From Candidatus Thorarchaeota archaeon (GTDB lineage Archaea; Asgardarchaeota; Thorarchaeia; Thorarchaeales; Thorarchaeaceae): a DNA stretch of 49,537 nucleotides. The notes under the pieces are model-generated. The model was not told the origin of the DNA. It searched no databases and saw only the letters and a list, made by a program, of their open reading frames with translations. Both the position numbers and the translations under genes were made by a program. Of the stretch, positions 18,730 through 27,460 are shown in pieces (position 1 is the first letter of the stretch; the number at the start of each line of letters is the position of its first letter). The stretch lies in assembly GCA_048884785.1 (NCBI GenBank), contig JBHLQM010000020.1, positions 1 through 49,537 of the forward strand, given 5' to 3'.

Positions 18730-20625
18730 ATGGGATACATGGCAAGACTAACAGGATACTCTCTTAGACATAAGAGACTATTCTTTGGATTTCTTGCCGC
18801 AGCAGGAATAGGAACTGCATTCAACTTACTGACACCATTAGTTCTTGTCAATATAATCGATGGTGTCATCTATGGCGGTCAATACGACCAGCTCATCCCA
18901 ATGGTATTACTCTATATCTCGCTCAGTGGACTCTATGCCATATTCGATATAATTGGCAGATATGGCGCGGCGATTATGACTCAGAAAGTTATCTACGACC
19001 TCAGGAAAGAACTCTACGACTCCCTCATGGACAAAGACCTCGCCTTTTACGATCAAGAAGAAACGGGTCAATTGCTTGCAAGAGTGACAACTGATGTCAC
19101 CCAGATTCGTGAGTTCGAGTTTTGGGGCTACCGTGTCCTGTTTATCGGATTTGCCATGACGGTCGGCGTTTATGTTGCAATGTTCTCATTAGATTTCATA
19201 ATTGCATTGTATATGCTAGTCTTGTTGCCGCTCATGGCTGTTTTCATTATAACATTCGCAAGGAGAGTTCGCCCAGTATTTGTTGAAGCTCGTGAGCAAT
19301 ATGGCGAACTGAGCTCGGTTCTAGCAGAGAACATAGTTGGAATGAAGGTGATAAAATCATACTCAGCTGGGAATAGAGAACTAGAAAGAGTTGAACGGGA
19401 AAACAAGAAGTTTACAGATCTTAGAATTGAAGCATTTCGGTTGTTTGCACTATATCGGCCTCTTCTTCCAACCCTCTTTGGAATAGTCACTGGTGCATTG
19501 ATTTACATTGGAGGATATTCTTATGTTTTCGGAAACGTGTCCATTGGAGTCTTCGTAGGATTTGTCACTCTAATTGGAATGCTCATGCTACCAGGACGAT
19601 TTCTTTCATGGGGTGTCGGGATGTACGAACGCGCCTCAGCATCAGCTGAACGCACGTTCTACATTTTGGATCATAAAGAAGAGGTCAACAATCCCGATAC
19701 ACCTGTCGACCACAATATCGAGGGAAAAGTCACTTTTCAGAATGTATACTTTAGCTATAGAGGCTCTGATTATATCCTGAAAGACATCAATATGGAGGTG
19801 AAACCAGGACAGGTTGTTGCCCTTCTTGGTGGAACGGGTTCAGGAAAAACAAGTTTGGTCAATCTCATTCCGCGATTCTATGATGCTGATATAAACAGAG
19901 TAGTTTTGTATAAAGGTAGGGCACACCGTGTGAGCTCAGACGGAAATCTTCGGATTGGAGATAAAGATTACAAGGTAGAAAATGGCACTGCGATTATTGA
20001 TGAAACGGAGGTTTTGGTTAGTATACCCGGTAGAGTTTACATTGATGACATCGATGTTCGGTATTATGACATCAGTAGCCTTCGTGGTCATATTGGAATG
20101 GTACACCAAGATCCGTTCCTCTTTTCAGCATCCATACAGGAAAACATTGCATTCGCGCGTCCGGATGCTCCGCTTGAAAAGGTGATAGATGCAGCAAAAG
20201 CCGCCAACATTCATGATTTTATCATGACTCTTGAAAATGGGTACGAGTCTATCATTGGCGAGAGAGGCGTAACTCTCAGCGGTGGTCAAAAGCAAAGAAT
20301 AGCAATTGCTCGAGCCTTGCTTGCCGATCCCCGGATTCTCATCCTTGATGATTCTACAAGCTCAGTCGATGCCAAGACCGAGATGTTAATTCAGGAAGCT
20401 TTGGAGAATCTTATGGTTGGTAGAACCACATTCATCATAACTCATAGGCTGAGCACTGTAAGAAATGCAGACCTCATAGTCATGATGGAGAAGGGTAGGA
20501 TTAGAGAGATGGGCTCACATGATACACTCTTGCAGCAGGGAGGTCTCTATGCGGGAATCTATCGGACCTTGGAAGAAATGGAACTCGCTGCACTTGTAAG
20601 ACCAAGGGGCGGTGCAAATGAGTAG
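18730..20625 (+). CDS. ABC exporter, fused TMD-NBD (heterodimer subunit 1)
   Basis: GGTGSGKT, LSGGQKQR and ILILDD (degenerate Walker B). Carries an insertion of about 45 aa in the NBD. Confidence 0.95.
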   Translation: MGYMARLTGYSLRHKRLFFGFLAAAGIGTAFNLLTPLVLVNIIDGVIYGGQYDQLIPMVLLYISLSGLYAIFDIIGRYGAAIMTQKVIYDLRKELYDSLMDKDLAFYDQEETGQLLARVTTDVTQIREFEFWGYRVLFIGFAMTVGVYVAMFSLDFIIALYMLVLLPLMAVFIITFARRVRPVFVEAREQYGELSSVLAENIVGMKVIKSYSAGNRELERVERENKKFTDLRIEAFRLFALYRPLLPTLFGIVTGALIYIGGYSYVFGNVSIGVFVGFVTLIGMLMLPGRFLSWGVGMYERASASAERTFYILDHKEEVNNPDTPVDHNIEGKVTFQNVYFSYRGSDYILKDINMEVKPGQVVALLGGTGSGKTSLVNLIPRFYDADINRVVLYKGRAHRVSSDGNLRIGDKDYKVENGTAIIDETEVLVSIPGRVYIDDIDVRYYDISSLRGHIGMVHQDPFLFSASIQENIAFARPDAPLEKVIDAAKAANIHDFIMTLENGYESIIGERGVTLSGGQKQRIAIARALLADPRILILDDSTSSVDAKTEMLIQEALENLMVGRTTFIITHRLSTVRNADLIVMMEKGRIREMGSHDTLLQQGGLYAGIYRTLEEMELAALVRPRGGANE

Positions 20626-22435
20626 TGGACTGAATCTGGAGGACGATCCAGATGCCCGTACCTATCTATACAGTGATTCCCAGCTACTAGGCAGAATGGT
20701 TCGGTACCTTCTGAGCTATAGAAAACTGTTCGTAGCAGTGACTTTTCTTGTGGCTTTTGGGATTATCCTAGAGATTCTATTGCCATTTATACTTCAGCAT
20801 GCTATCGATGTGGATTTCGTAAGTGGCAATTTACAGGCGCTTCTTTACACAACGCTGCTCTACATTGTGCTTCAGCTTATCCAATGGGTCACTGCGTATG
20901 GCACAGAATATCTAACAACCCAGATGGGACAGGGGTCAATCTACGATATCAGACAACAGCTGTACTCTCGACTTCAAGTCATGTCGCAGGATTTCTATGA
21001 TAAATCTGCATCAGGTCGCATCATTAGTCGAATTACCAGCGATATCGATAGGATGAGTGAGTTGATGAGTGGAGGTCTTATCGGCACATTTGCCCAAGTC
21101 TTCGTCGTCGTGGGAATAGGATTCATCATCTTCACAGTGGATATCCAGCTTGCAATAGCCTCACTGGCAATAGCACCTCTATTGCTGATTGCAACCATCT
21201 ATTTCAGGCGGCGACTGAGAGATGCATATAGAAGCACACGCAAAACCATATCGAGTGTTACCGCCAATCTTGCTGAGAGCATCTCTGGAGCAAAAGTGAC
21301 CAAGAGCTTTGCAAGAGAGAGAATCAACATTGAAAACTTCGATGAGGTCAATAGGGCGGATTATCAGTCTAATATCGATGCGGGAAAAGCACAGGCTACA
21401 TTCTTTCCAAGCATTCGTTTCATTGGTGGTATTGGAGTCTTCCTAATAATCTGGCTCGGTGGTGCTAGATTAATTGAAGGAACGATTACGTTGGGTATTG
21501 TGATCTTATTCATTCAATTCAGTGATAGGTTCTTCAGACCCATCCTAATAATAGCTGATTTCTACACCTCAGTGCAGAGCGCATTCGCAGGTGCAGAACG
21601 TGTGTTCAGTATTATGGACGAAACCCCTACAATACTTGATGCTGAGAATACCTATGAAATGCCTGAGATAAGAGGTAAAATCAGTTTTCAGAATGTCACT
21701 TTTGGATATCTTGAAGATACTCCTGTTCTTGTTGATTTTGATTTGGAGATTGCATCCGGCGAAACTGTCGCATTGGTCGGTGATACAGGCGCTGGAAAAA
21801 CAACCGTTGTTAGCCTTTTGAATAGATTCTATGACATCTGGGAGGGGGCAATAAAGATTGATGATATTGATATACGAGATGTTACACAGGAATCGCTCCG
21901 CTCAAAGATAGGGCTTGTTCTTCAGGACGCTTTTCTCTTCATGGGTACAATCAAGGACAACATCAAATATGGAAGACCAGATGCAAGTGATGAGGAGGTC
22001 TATCAAGCCACTGAGGCCATAGGGGCCAGAAGAATATTTGAGAATCTTGAGAAAGGCTTTGATACAGAAGTTGGCGAGAGAGGAGCTAGACTCTCAGAGG
22101 GCGAGCGACAGCTTGTCAGTTTTGCTAGAGCTCTCCTGGCAAACCCAAGTATATTGGTCTTGGATGAAGCAACAAGTTCAGTTGACATTTATACTGAACA
22201 CGCAATCCAAAAGGGTATGAAGGCATTGTTGCGAGGACGGACCTCAGTTGTCATTGCCCACAGACTCTCAACAATAGTAAACGCAGATAGGATTCTTGTT
22301 CTGGAACATGGTAGAATTGTTGAGATTGGCAGACATCATGAACTAATGAAGAAAGGCGGAAAGTATCAGTCGCTCTACGAATTACAGATTCGTCCAAGAG
22401 CAATGCGTACACATACAGGATTGCAAAAAGAGTAG
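20618..22435 (+). CDS. ABC exporter, fused TMD-NBD (heterodimer subunit 2)
   Basis: GDTGAGKT, LSEGERQ (degenerate signature) and LVLDEAT; TM287/288-like pair. Confidence 0.95.
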   Translation: MSSGLNLEDDPDARTYLYSDSQLLGRMVRYLLSYRKLFVAVTFLVAFGIILEILLPFILQHAIDVDFVSGNLQALLYTTLLYIVLQLIQWVTAYGTEYLTTQMGQGSIYDIRQQLYSRLQVMSQDFYDKSASGRIISRITSDIDRMSELMSGGLIGTFAQVFVVVGIGFIIFTVDIQLAIASLAIAPLLLIATIYFRRRLRDAYRSTRKTISSVTANLAESISGAKVTKSFARERINIENFDEVNRADYQSNIDAGKAQATFFPSIRFIGGIGVFLIIWLGGARLIEGTITLGIVILFIQFSDRFFRPILIIADFYTSVQSAFAGAERVFSIMDETPTILDAENTYEMPEIRGKISFQNVTFGYLEDTPVLVDFDLEIASGETVALVGDTGAGKTTVVSLLNRFYDIWEGAIKIDDIDIRDVTQESLRSKIGLVLQDAFLFMGTIKDNIKYGRPDASDEEVYQATEAIGARRIFENLEKGFDTEVGERGARLSEGERQLVSFARALLANPSILVLDEATSSVDIYTEHAIQKGMKALLRGRTSVVIAHRLSTIVNADRILVLEHGRIVEIGRHHELMKKGGKYQSLYELQIRPRAMRTHTGLQKE

Positions 22436-22467
22436 CCAACCCCTGTCCTGTCAAACAGGGATTGGCT
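22434..22467 (-). terminator. Hairpin terminator between convergent genes
   Basis: 13-bp stem AGCCAACCCCTGT/ACAGGGATTGGCT. Its single C-A mismatch is a G-U pair on the minus strand, where the stem is followed by ACTCTTTTT. Confidence 0.6.
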
Positions 22468-22493
22468 TGGGATATGGAGATAGTTGCAATTTA

Positions 22494-23273
22494 TCAGTCA
22501 TCCCAATCAAAGGTGTTTACGTCATCATAGGCTTGATACCTTGAGTGCCCATGTCGTCGATACCTCTGATGAGAGTCTGAGCAAGCATGCAAGTCACGAG
22601 CGGCGCGTCCTATTCCTCTAACAGCAGAAGATACTGCCTGGCCTATCATAGGCCCTAGATTCTCAAGTTCATCAAGGCCAGAGATTCCATCCTTATCTAT
22701 AATGATGGTTCTCCCATCGCGGCCGCCAATGTACACACCATCTTTAGTCACTGAAACCATTTTTTCGTCATTCAAGACAAACACTCTCTTTCCATAGGTT
22801 AATACACAATTATCATGTTTTGCCACAAGGATGACCTTCTCTGATGCATCCTCACCAAGAAGAATACCGCCATCTCCTCTAATGTCAATCTTGTCACCAT
22901 CACTCATTCTTTTGGCGGTGAATTTATCATCTGCAGCCTGCACAAAGGCCTCGGCATTCGAATATCCATTGGCAATTAGATCCTCGTTAGATGCTGCGCG
23001 GGATGCTTCCTCAATGCTGATGCTGCCAAGATAGAATTGAATTCCAACTAGCTCGCCTGTTATTGGTTTGCCATATGCACCTCCATCAGTTTCGATTATT
23101 GCATCAACTGCAAATCGAGCGGGCCCGTGAAATGCAATTCCAACGATTGCTTCATCCTGCCTCAGGTATGTCCAGATCGTACCAGGCATTAGTGATACAA
23201 CCGCTTTCTCTGCACGAATAAGTTGATAGTCACTTGTAATTGCCATCAGGTTGGTGTCGAATGTGAAGCTCAT
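22494..23273 (-). CDS. Hypothetical beta-rich protein ending in an acidic FDWDD motif
   Basis: 259-aa ORF; start overlaps the upstream stop (TAATG). Confidence 0.7.
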   Translation of the reverse strand: MSFTFDTNLMAITSDYQLIRAEKAVVSLMPGTIWTYLRQDEAIVGIAFHGPARFAVDAIIETDGGAYGKPITGELVGIQFYLGSISIEEASRAASNEDLIANGYSNAEAFVQAADDKFTAKRMSDGDKIDIRGDGGILLGEDASEKVILVAKHDNCVLTYGKRVFVLNDEKMVSVTKDGVYIGGRDGRTIIIDKDGISGLDELENLGPMIGQAVSSAVRGIGRAARDLHACSDSHQRYRRHGHSRYQAYDDVNTFDWDD

Positions 23274-24241
23274 TAGACATCCTCCTCTTCATCTTCATCT
23301 TCATCTATATGGACCACTACCTCACAATCGCCTTCATCAGTTTCAAGGTCCTGGGAACCCTCATTGGTGTTCTTCTTGTCTGAAGCCACCAAAGCTTCCT
23401 CTAGTCTGTTGGTGAGCCATTGAGCAAGTCGATATGCCAATCGTCCTTCAACAGTTACATAGTAGGTGCCCCTAACCTCGCCTTTGATAACATAACCTGC
23501 ATCAACAAGAGGGGTGAGGTGATGCGTCAGGGAGCTTCCAGTTTTTCCTGTTTGCTGCTCCAGATCATTGAAAGTCTTACCGCCCTCTTTGAGAAAATCA
23601 AGAATCTTCAACCGTTCCTCACTCCCGAGCGGCCCAATGACACGAGCTACGCGTTCAGGGGAGATTTTCTCATAGTTTTTGGATCTCCTAGATCCTTTGC
23701 GCCTCGCCTTCTTGCTGAAACGCATATGCGGAATCTTGATGTTTTCAACATTCTTGAGCGCCATCTCTAGTTGTTCACCAAGCCCTTCCATCATATCTTC
23801 AAGGTCCTCAGTCAATGGTGAGAAGTCAACAATAGCTGCACGGCGTGGAGCCCTCGGCACCTTTGGAGGACGGGGCGGAGGAGGCGGTCTTGGAATTCCA
23901 GATTCATGTAGACGCTGTCCTCTTCGAAAACGCTCTTCCTTGAATCTACGTGCATCCTGAATCTCACGCCTGAGCTCCTCCTTCATGCGGCGAAATTCCT
24001 CCAATTCATGTCGCATTTCGGCTATTTCCTGAAGCTTCTCACGCATTTCGTCCTTCGTCTCGTCTACAGTTTCTCTTGTTTCTTTGATGCTGTCGTGAAG
24101 TTCGTCCTCGAGATCTGAGAGTTCATCTTCCTTGTCAGACAGCTCGTCTTCAAGATCTTCCAGCTTCTCACTATCAGGATCTTCATCATCGGAATCGAAC
24201 TCATCTTCATCCCAATCGAAATCATCTATGTCGTCGAACAT
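23273..24241 (-). CDS. ArsR-type wHTH regulator with acidic N-terminus, coiled coil and Pro-rich linker
   Basis: LGSEERLKILDFL...TFNDL...SSLTHHLTPLVDAGYV...YYVTVEG. Confidence 0.8.
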   Translation of the reverse strand: MFDDIDDFDWDEDEFDSDDEDPDSEKLEDLEDELSDKEDELSDLEDELHDSIKETRETVDETKDEMREKLQEIAEMRHELEEFRRMKEELRREIQDARRFKEERFRRGQRLHESGIPRPPPPPRPPKVPRAPRRAAIVDFSPLTEDLEDMMEGLGEQLEMALKNVENIKIPHMRFSKKARRKGSRRSKNYEKISPERVARVIGPLGSEERLKILDFLKEGGKTFNDLEQQTGKTGSSLTHHLTPLVDAGYVIKGEVRGTYYVTVEGRLAYRLAQWLTNRLEEALVASDKKNTNEGSQDLETDEGDCEVVVHIDEDEDEEEDV

Positions 24242-24264
24242 TGTCTTTCACATATAATGTAATT

Positions 24265-24326
24265 TATTACAGTATTCTTACTGTAATATTATACATATAA
24301 ACTTACTGTAATACGCTACAGTATTC
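24265..24326. promoter_or_regulatory. Clustered TACTGTA/TACAGTA operator repeats upstream of the wHTH regulator
   Basis: Perfect inverted repeat TATTACAGTA-N4-TACTGTAATA (24265-24288). CTTACTGTAATA recurs at 24302-24313, and TACTGTA-N6-TACAGTA lies at 24304-24323. Confidence 0.6.
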
Positions 24327-24531
24327 AATTCGTTTGCCAGACCGTTAACTATATTAAAGTTTTTTTGCAAATTGGCATTTGGACTGCAATAAATGGCGCA
24401 AAAAGCCATTTCGTGCAGAATACCCTTATTAATGAGTTAGCTACCGTTAACTCCTCGATTATCGAGGGGTGTGCACCTGCATTGTACTAATGCATTGTAG
24501 GGTGTTCGTCCAAATATGAGGTGTAAAAGAA

Positions 24532-24732
24532 TTGGCTAAAAAGAAAGCACCAGTTAAGCTACCAACCTTCGTTGTCAAATCGGCAATCAAGGAGTTCGCG
24601 AAGACAAATGACATGATGGTGGGCTCTGACGCCTATGATGCCATCAATGTGAGAATCGGTGAGATGCTCATGGCAGCAGCTGGCCGATGCAAAGAGAATA
24701 AGAGAAAGACCTTGAAGGCCTACGATCTCTAA
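24532..24732 (+). CDS. Short histone-fold protein (truncated alpha3) with a Lys-rich N-terminus
   Basis: FVVKSAIKEFAK...MMVGSDAYDAI...AAGRCKENKRKTLKAYDL carries the histone R(K)T...D motif. GAGGTG RBS and TTG start. Confidence 0.85.
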   Translation: MAKKKAPVKLPTFVVKSAIKEFAKTNDMMVGSDAYDAINVRIGEMLMAAAGRCKENKRKTLKAYDL

Positions 24733-24758
24733 ATCTCTCAATCATAAATAGTGCATAT

Positions 24759-24803
24759 GGGGAGGGCGGTGCAACTGTCCTCCCCCATCACTACATCTTT
24801 TTC
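24759..24803 (+). terminator. Hairpin + U-tract terminator of the histone gene
   Basis: GGGGAGGGCGGT/ACTGTCCTCCCC 12-bp stem with two G-U pairs, then TCTTTTT. Confidence 0.65.
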
Positions 24804-24853
24804 TGTGAACACACTGTTCATATTCAAGTGCAGTATACAAATTTGGAAAGAGT

Positions 24854-25126
24854 ATGACTAACGAGAATCATAGCAAGAAAAAATCCTGGAAATATTATGC
24901 AGCCTATTTGGTGGTGCTTCTTCCAATCTATGCATTCTTCGCTCTTCCACTTGCACAGATTCCTCTTGCCTACTGGCCTTCAGCATTATTCTTTGCATTT
25001 CTGGCCACCTTCATATTGATTGGATGTAGTATTGGTGGTGGCTATGACGCGGGGTGTATCTGGCACTACCATGGCACGCCTGAATGCATCCATAGACCTG
25101 ATGTAGAAAGCATGAGGAAGGACTGA
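24854..25126 (+). CDS. Small 2-TM hypothetical protein with Cys/His-containing C-terminus
   Basis: Two hydrophobic helices; CIWHYHG...CIH. Confidence 0.55.
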   Translation: MTNENHSKKKSWKYYAAYLVVLLPIYAFFALPLAQIPLAYWPSALFFAFLATFILIGCSIGGGYDAGCIWHYHGTPECIHRPDVESMRKD

Positions 25127-26029
25127 TTATCGATTCTCCCATTGCTCGAATAGGTAATCAAGTACGCTTTTCCAAATCTTGCCTTCAACATACTTGTTTT
25201 CAAAGTTTTCAGTGTTTGTCCATTTCTGCAAAGCAGCCTGTGCCTCAGGGGTCCAGTCCTTGGTCAATGAAACTTTGTCCAGATAGCCGAGACTCACTAG
25301 TGCCTCTTGTATTTTTGTCGCAATAGAACCTCCAATTTGATAGAGATTCGATGGGTCTTCGCGGCTGAGGAGCGTCATATCGTAAATCTTGAAGATACGT
25401 TCGAGTTCGTCAATTGGCCTAGGATGGTCATCAACACGAACATCCACATATCTATCATTCCCACCCTCATATCCTCCGCCTTCACGCACCACCAGTATTG
25501 CTGCAGACTGCATTCCTCTTCGATCCCCACCTGCAGCCTGACCAGCTTTCAGAGCAGCAAAGAGCTTGTCAATAAGATCACCTTCAGTCTTCTCATACGA
25601 CTCTGCCATATCCACAACAACAGCTTCTCCTGCAAGAATATTGCCTTGACATGTATAGCCATCTCCTGCCACATGACCAGCCCAATCCATACAATCCCTT
25701 CCCGTATGTGTTGCTACTCTCCCCTTTGCGTCAACTATACCAACCTGTCTATGAGCTTCTCCTTCATCACTTGAAACTAATTCTCTTAATGTTCTGGAGG
25801 CTGATTTTCCCTCTTTCATCATTTCTAAACCTCGATGTCCATAGGAGATGTTTGCCCAAGCCTGAGTAGCTATTGCCCCCACCTCGGCAACAGCCCAAGG
25901 AACAAGTGCCCCCACTGCAGGAAATTTGGACTGCACAATTACTCCAAGGTCGCCGTTACTAGGGTCTCTAGCTACCACCGAAAAAGTACTAGGATTAGAT
26001 AGCTTACGTATGGATGGGTTTGACATCAT
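25127..26029 (-). CDS. DUF1028 family Ntn-hydrolase with a C-terminal putative peptidoglycan-binding-like domain
   Basis: STFSVVARD, GAIATQA, RQVGIVD, QGNILAG, AGGDRRG.QSAA and DVRVDDH motifs. Confidence 0.9.
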   Translation of the reverse strand: MMSNPSIRKLSNPSTFSVVARDPSNGDLGVIVQSKFPAVGALVPWAVAEVGAIATQAWANISYGHRGLEMMKEGKSASRTLRELVSSDEGEAHRQVGIVDAKGRVATHTGRDCMDWAGHVAGDGYTCQGNILAGEAVVVDMAESYEKTEGDLIDKLFAALKAGQAAGGDRRGMQSAAILVVREGGGYEGGNDRYVDVRVDDHPRPIDELERIFKIYDMTLLSREDPSNLYQIGGSIATKIQEALVSLGYLDKVSLTKDWTPEAQAALQKWTNTENFENKYVEGKIWKSVLDYLFEQWENR

Positions 26030-26122
26030 TATAGCTCCTTGGTACAGGTAAGGCAATCTGACCAATATGACTGTCGGTTTCACGCCAGTCTTCTACCCAT
26101 GGCGTCGGCTCCTATGATTCTT

Positions 26123-26593
26123 CTATTGACAGGTAAAAGCCTTGGAGCAGTTTTGACAGGTTATCTCATCCGGTAGAAGAGAATAATGGTATCTGGCTCC
26201 ACAATGTGGACATATAACAAGACGAAGGCCCGATATGAATCTTGAAGGGGAAGAGTCATCGCCCAGAAGTCTGCGGATAGCTTTCACTGCCATGTCCTCG
26301 ATTTTGCCAGGACTCATTCTAATAGGCGATCCAAAAGTGGCCTTTCCATCAACAATAAGGGCACCCTCTTCAGCAGGCTCGCTGTATTCAAGACTGATTA
26401 CGACAACGCCAAACTGGCCAACTGAAAAAACTGCGAAGGCATGAGTTTCTACAGGCGCTGGCCATATCTTGAAGGAAAGCAGGTTAAGACTTCCCCAGTG
26501 CCATGGCTTAACTTCATACCATGATTCTTGAATGCGCCTGAACAAAGAGGAAACATTACTCGTATCAAGACTACGAACTGTGATTTCTTGCAT
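26123..26593 (-). CDS. Hypothetical protein with a C-terminal zinc ribbon
   Basis: CPHCG...CQNCSK. Confidence 0.6.
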   Translation of the reverse strand: MQEITVRSLDTSNVSSLFRRIQESWYEVKPWHWGSLNLLSFKIWPAPVETHAFAVFSVGQFGVVVISLEYSEPAEEGALIVDGKATFGSPIRMSPGKIEDMAVKAIRRLLGDDSSPSRFISGLRLVICPHCGARYHYSLLPDEITCQNCSKAFTCQ

Positions 26594-26689
26594 TACAATT
26601 AGTGATTAACAAGAAACCGCATTAACATTTCCTAGCAGTATCTGCGGAAGAGGCATTAGATCCAAAAGATAAAAGAAAGAAAAAGAAGT

Positions 26690-26713
26690 GGCGTCGGCGT
26701 ATTACTCGACGCC
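26690..26713 (-). terminator. Hairpin terminator of the 26734-26931 gene
   Basis: GGCGTCG/CGACGCC stem; a long T-rich tract follows on the minus strand. Confidence 0.6.
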
Positions 26714-26733
26714 CAGAGTAGTGAACCCCAGAA

Positions 26734-26931
26734 TTATTTGGTCTTCTTGACTTTTGCTTTTGCCTTCGCTTTCTCAGCATCCAGCATCGCTTTGAACTGT
26801 GCATCATATTTTGTAGTCATAGCGGCCTTTTCTTCAACTGTGATCAGTTTATACTTAGCAATTGCAGCCACACCAGCCTTCCAGGCTTTTTGGTCTGCCT
26901 TTATTTTATCACTCTTTGTTGGTACAGACAA
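26734..26931 (-). CDS. Small Lys/Ala-rich basic protein (65 aa)
   Basis: GAGGGA RBS, TTG start, own terminator; KAKAKAKVKKTK tail. Confidence 0.7.
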   Translation of the reverse strand: MSVPTKSDKIKADQKAWKAGVAAIAKYKLITVEEKAAMTTKYDAQFKAMLDAEKAKAKAKVKKTK

Positions 26932-27112
26932 TTTTTTTGCATCCCTCTAACAGAGACCCGAATACGCATTAGTCACGATGATATAATGCATTATTCAGTA
27001 TCACAACCTTGTGCTAACTTGAATATGAACTATTCTCTACTCAACATAAGTGTATGATTCAAATCAGAGTAAGAGTCAGGGGATAATATTTGAAAAATAG
27101 TCAGGAGCGCAC

Positions 27113-27223
27113 TCACGTCGCTTCCAACGCGAGTACCTCCGTTATTGTAAGATAATCACGACGCCGAAGGCTCTCCTCATCGGCATTGCTTTTAGAAACA
27201 CAACAGAAATTATCATCTGTCAT
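27113..27223 (-). CDS. Microprotein D, 36 aa (MTDDNFCCVSKSNADEESLRRRDYLTITEVLALEAT)
   Basis: Hand-translated. ATG lies 10 nt after the stop of ORF C, with AGGA upstream; a T-tract follows. Confidence 0.5.
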   Translation of the reverse strand: MTDDNFCCVSKSNADEESLRRRDYLTITEVLALEAT

Positions 27224-27233
27224 GGTTCAATTC

Positions 27234-27332
27234 CTACCGATTGTATATGTAGGCGCGAGCAATTGCTTCACAGCAGATCCTTTTTTGACCGGCTTTACCA
27301 TTGATCTTTCTTTCGTTCTTTTCGATTGCCAA
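27234..27332 (-). CDS. Microprotein C, 32 aa (MAIEKNERKINGKAGQKRICCEAIARAYIYNR)
   Basis: Hand-translated. GGAGGTTGAGGT RBS before TTG; C-terminus paralogous to ORF B. Confidence 0.65.
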   Translation of the reverse strand: MAIEKNERKINGKAGQKRICCEAIARAYIYNR

Positions 27333-27352
27333 GATACCTCAACCTCCTTGCT

Positions 27353-27460
27353 CTATACCTTCTTGAAAAGGAAGGCATGTGCGACAGCATCAGCCACGTG
27401 GACCTTTGCCATCTTTCTGCTCATCTTCACATCATCTGATCCACTCTTTGCAAGAGCCAT
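27353..27460 (-). CDS. Microprotein B, 35 aa (MALAKSGSDDVKMSRKMAKVHVADAVAHAFLFKKV)
   Basis: Hand-translated. GGAGGT RBS; TGATG overlap with ORF A. Confidence 0.65.
   Translation of the reverse strand: MALAKSGSDDVKMSRKMAKVHVADAVAHAFLFKKV

Noticed and set aside
19885-20028. Intein or intron in the ABC NBD insert
   Set aside because: It has no N-terminal Cys/Ser or C-terminal His-Asn, is too short for an intein, and shows no bulge-helix-bulge pairing.
24304-24323. TACTGTAATACGCTACAGTA matches the gammaproteobacterial LexA SOS box (CTGT-N8-ACAG)
   Set aside because: The context is archaeal and no LexA is present. It is better explained as part of the local operator array of the adjacent wHTH gene.
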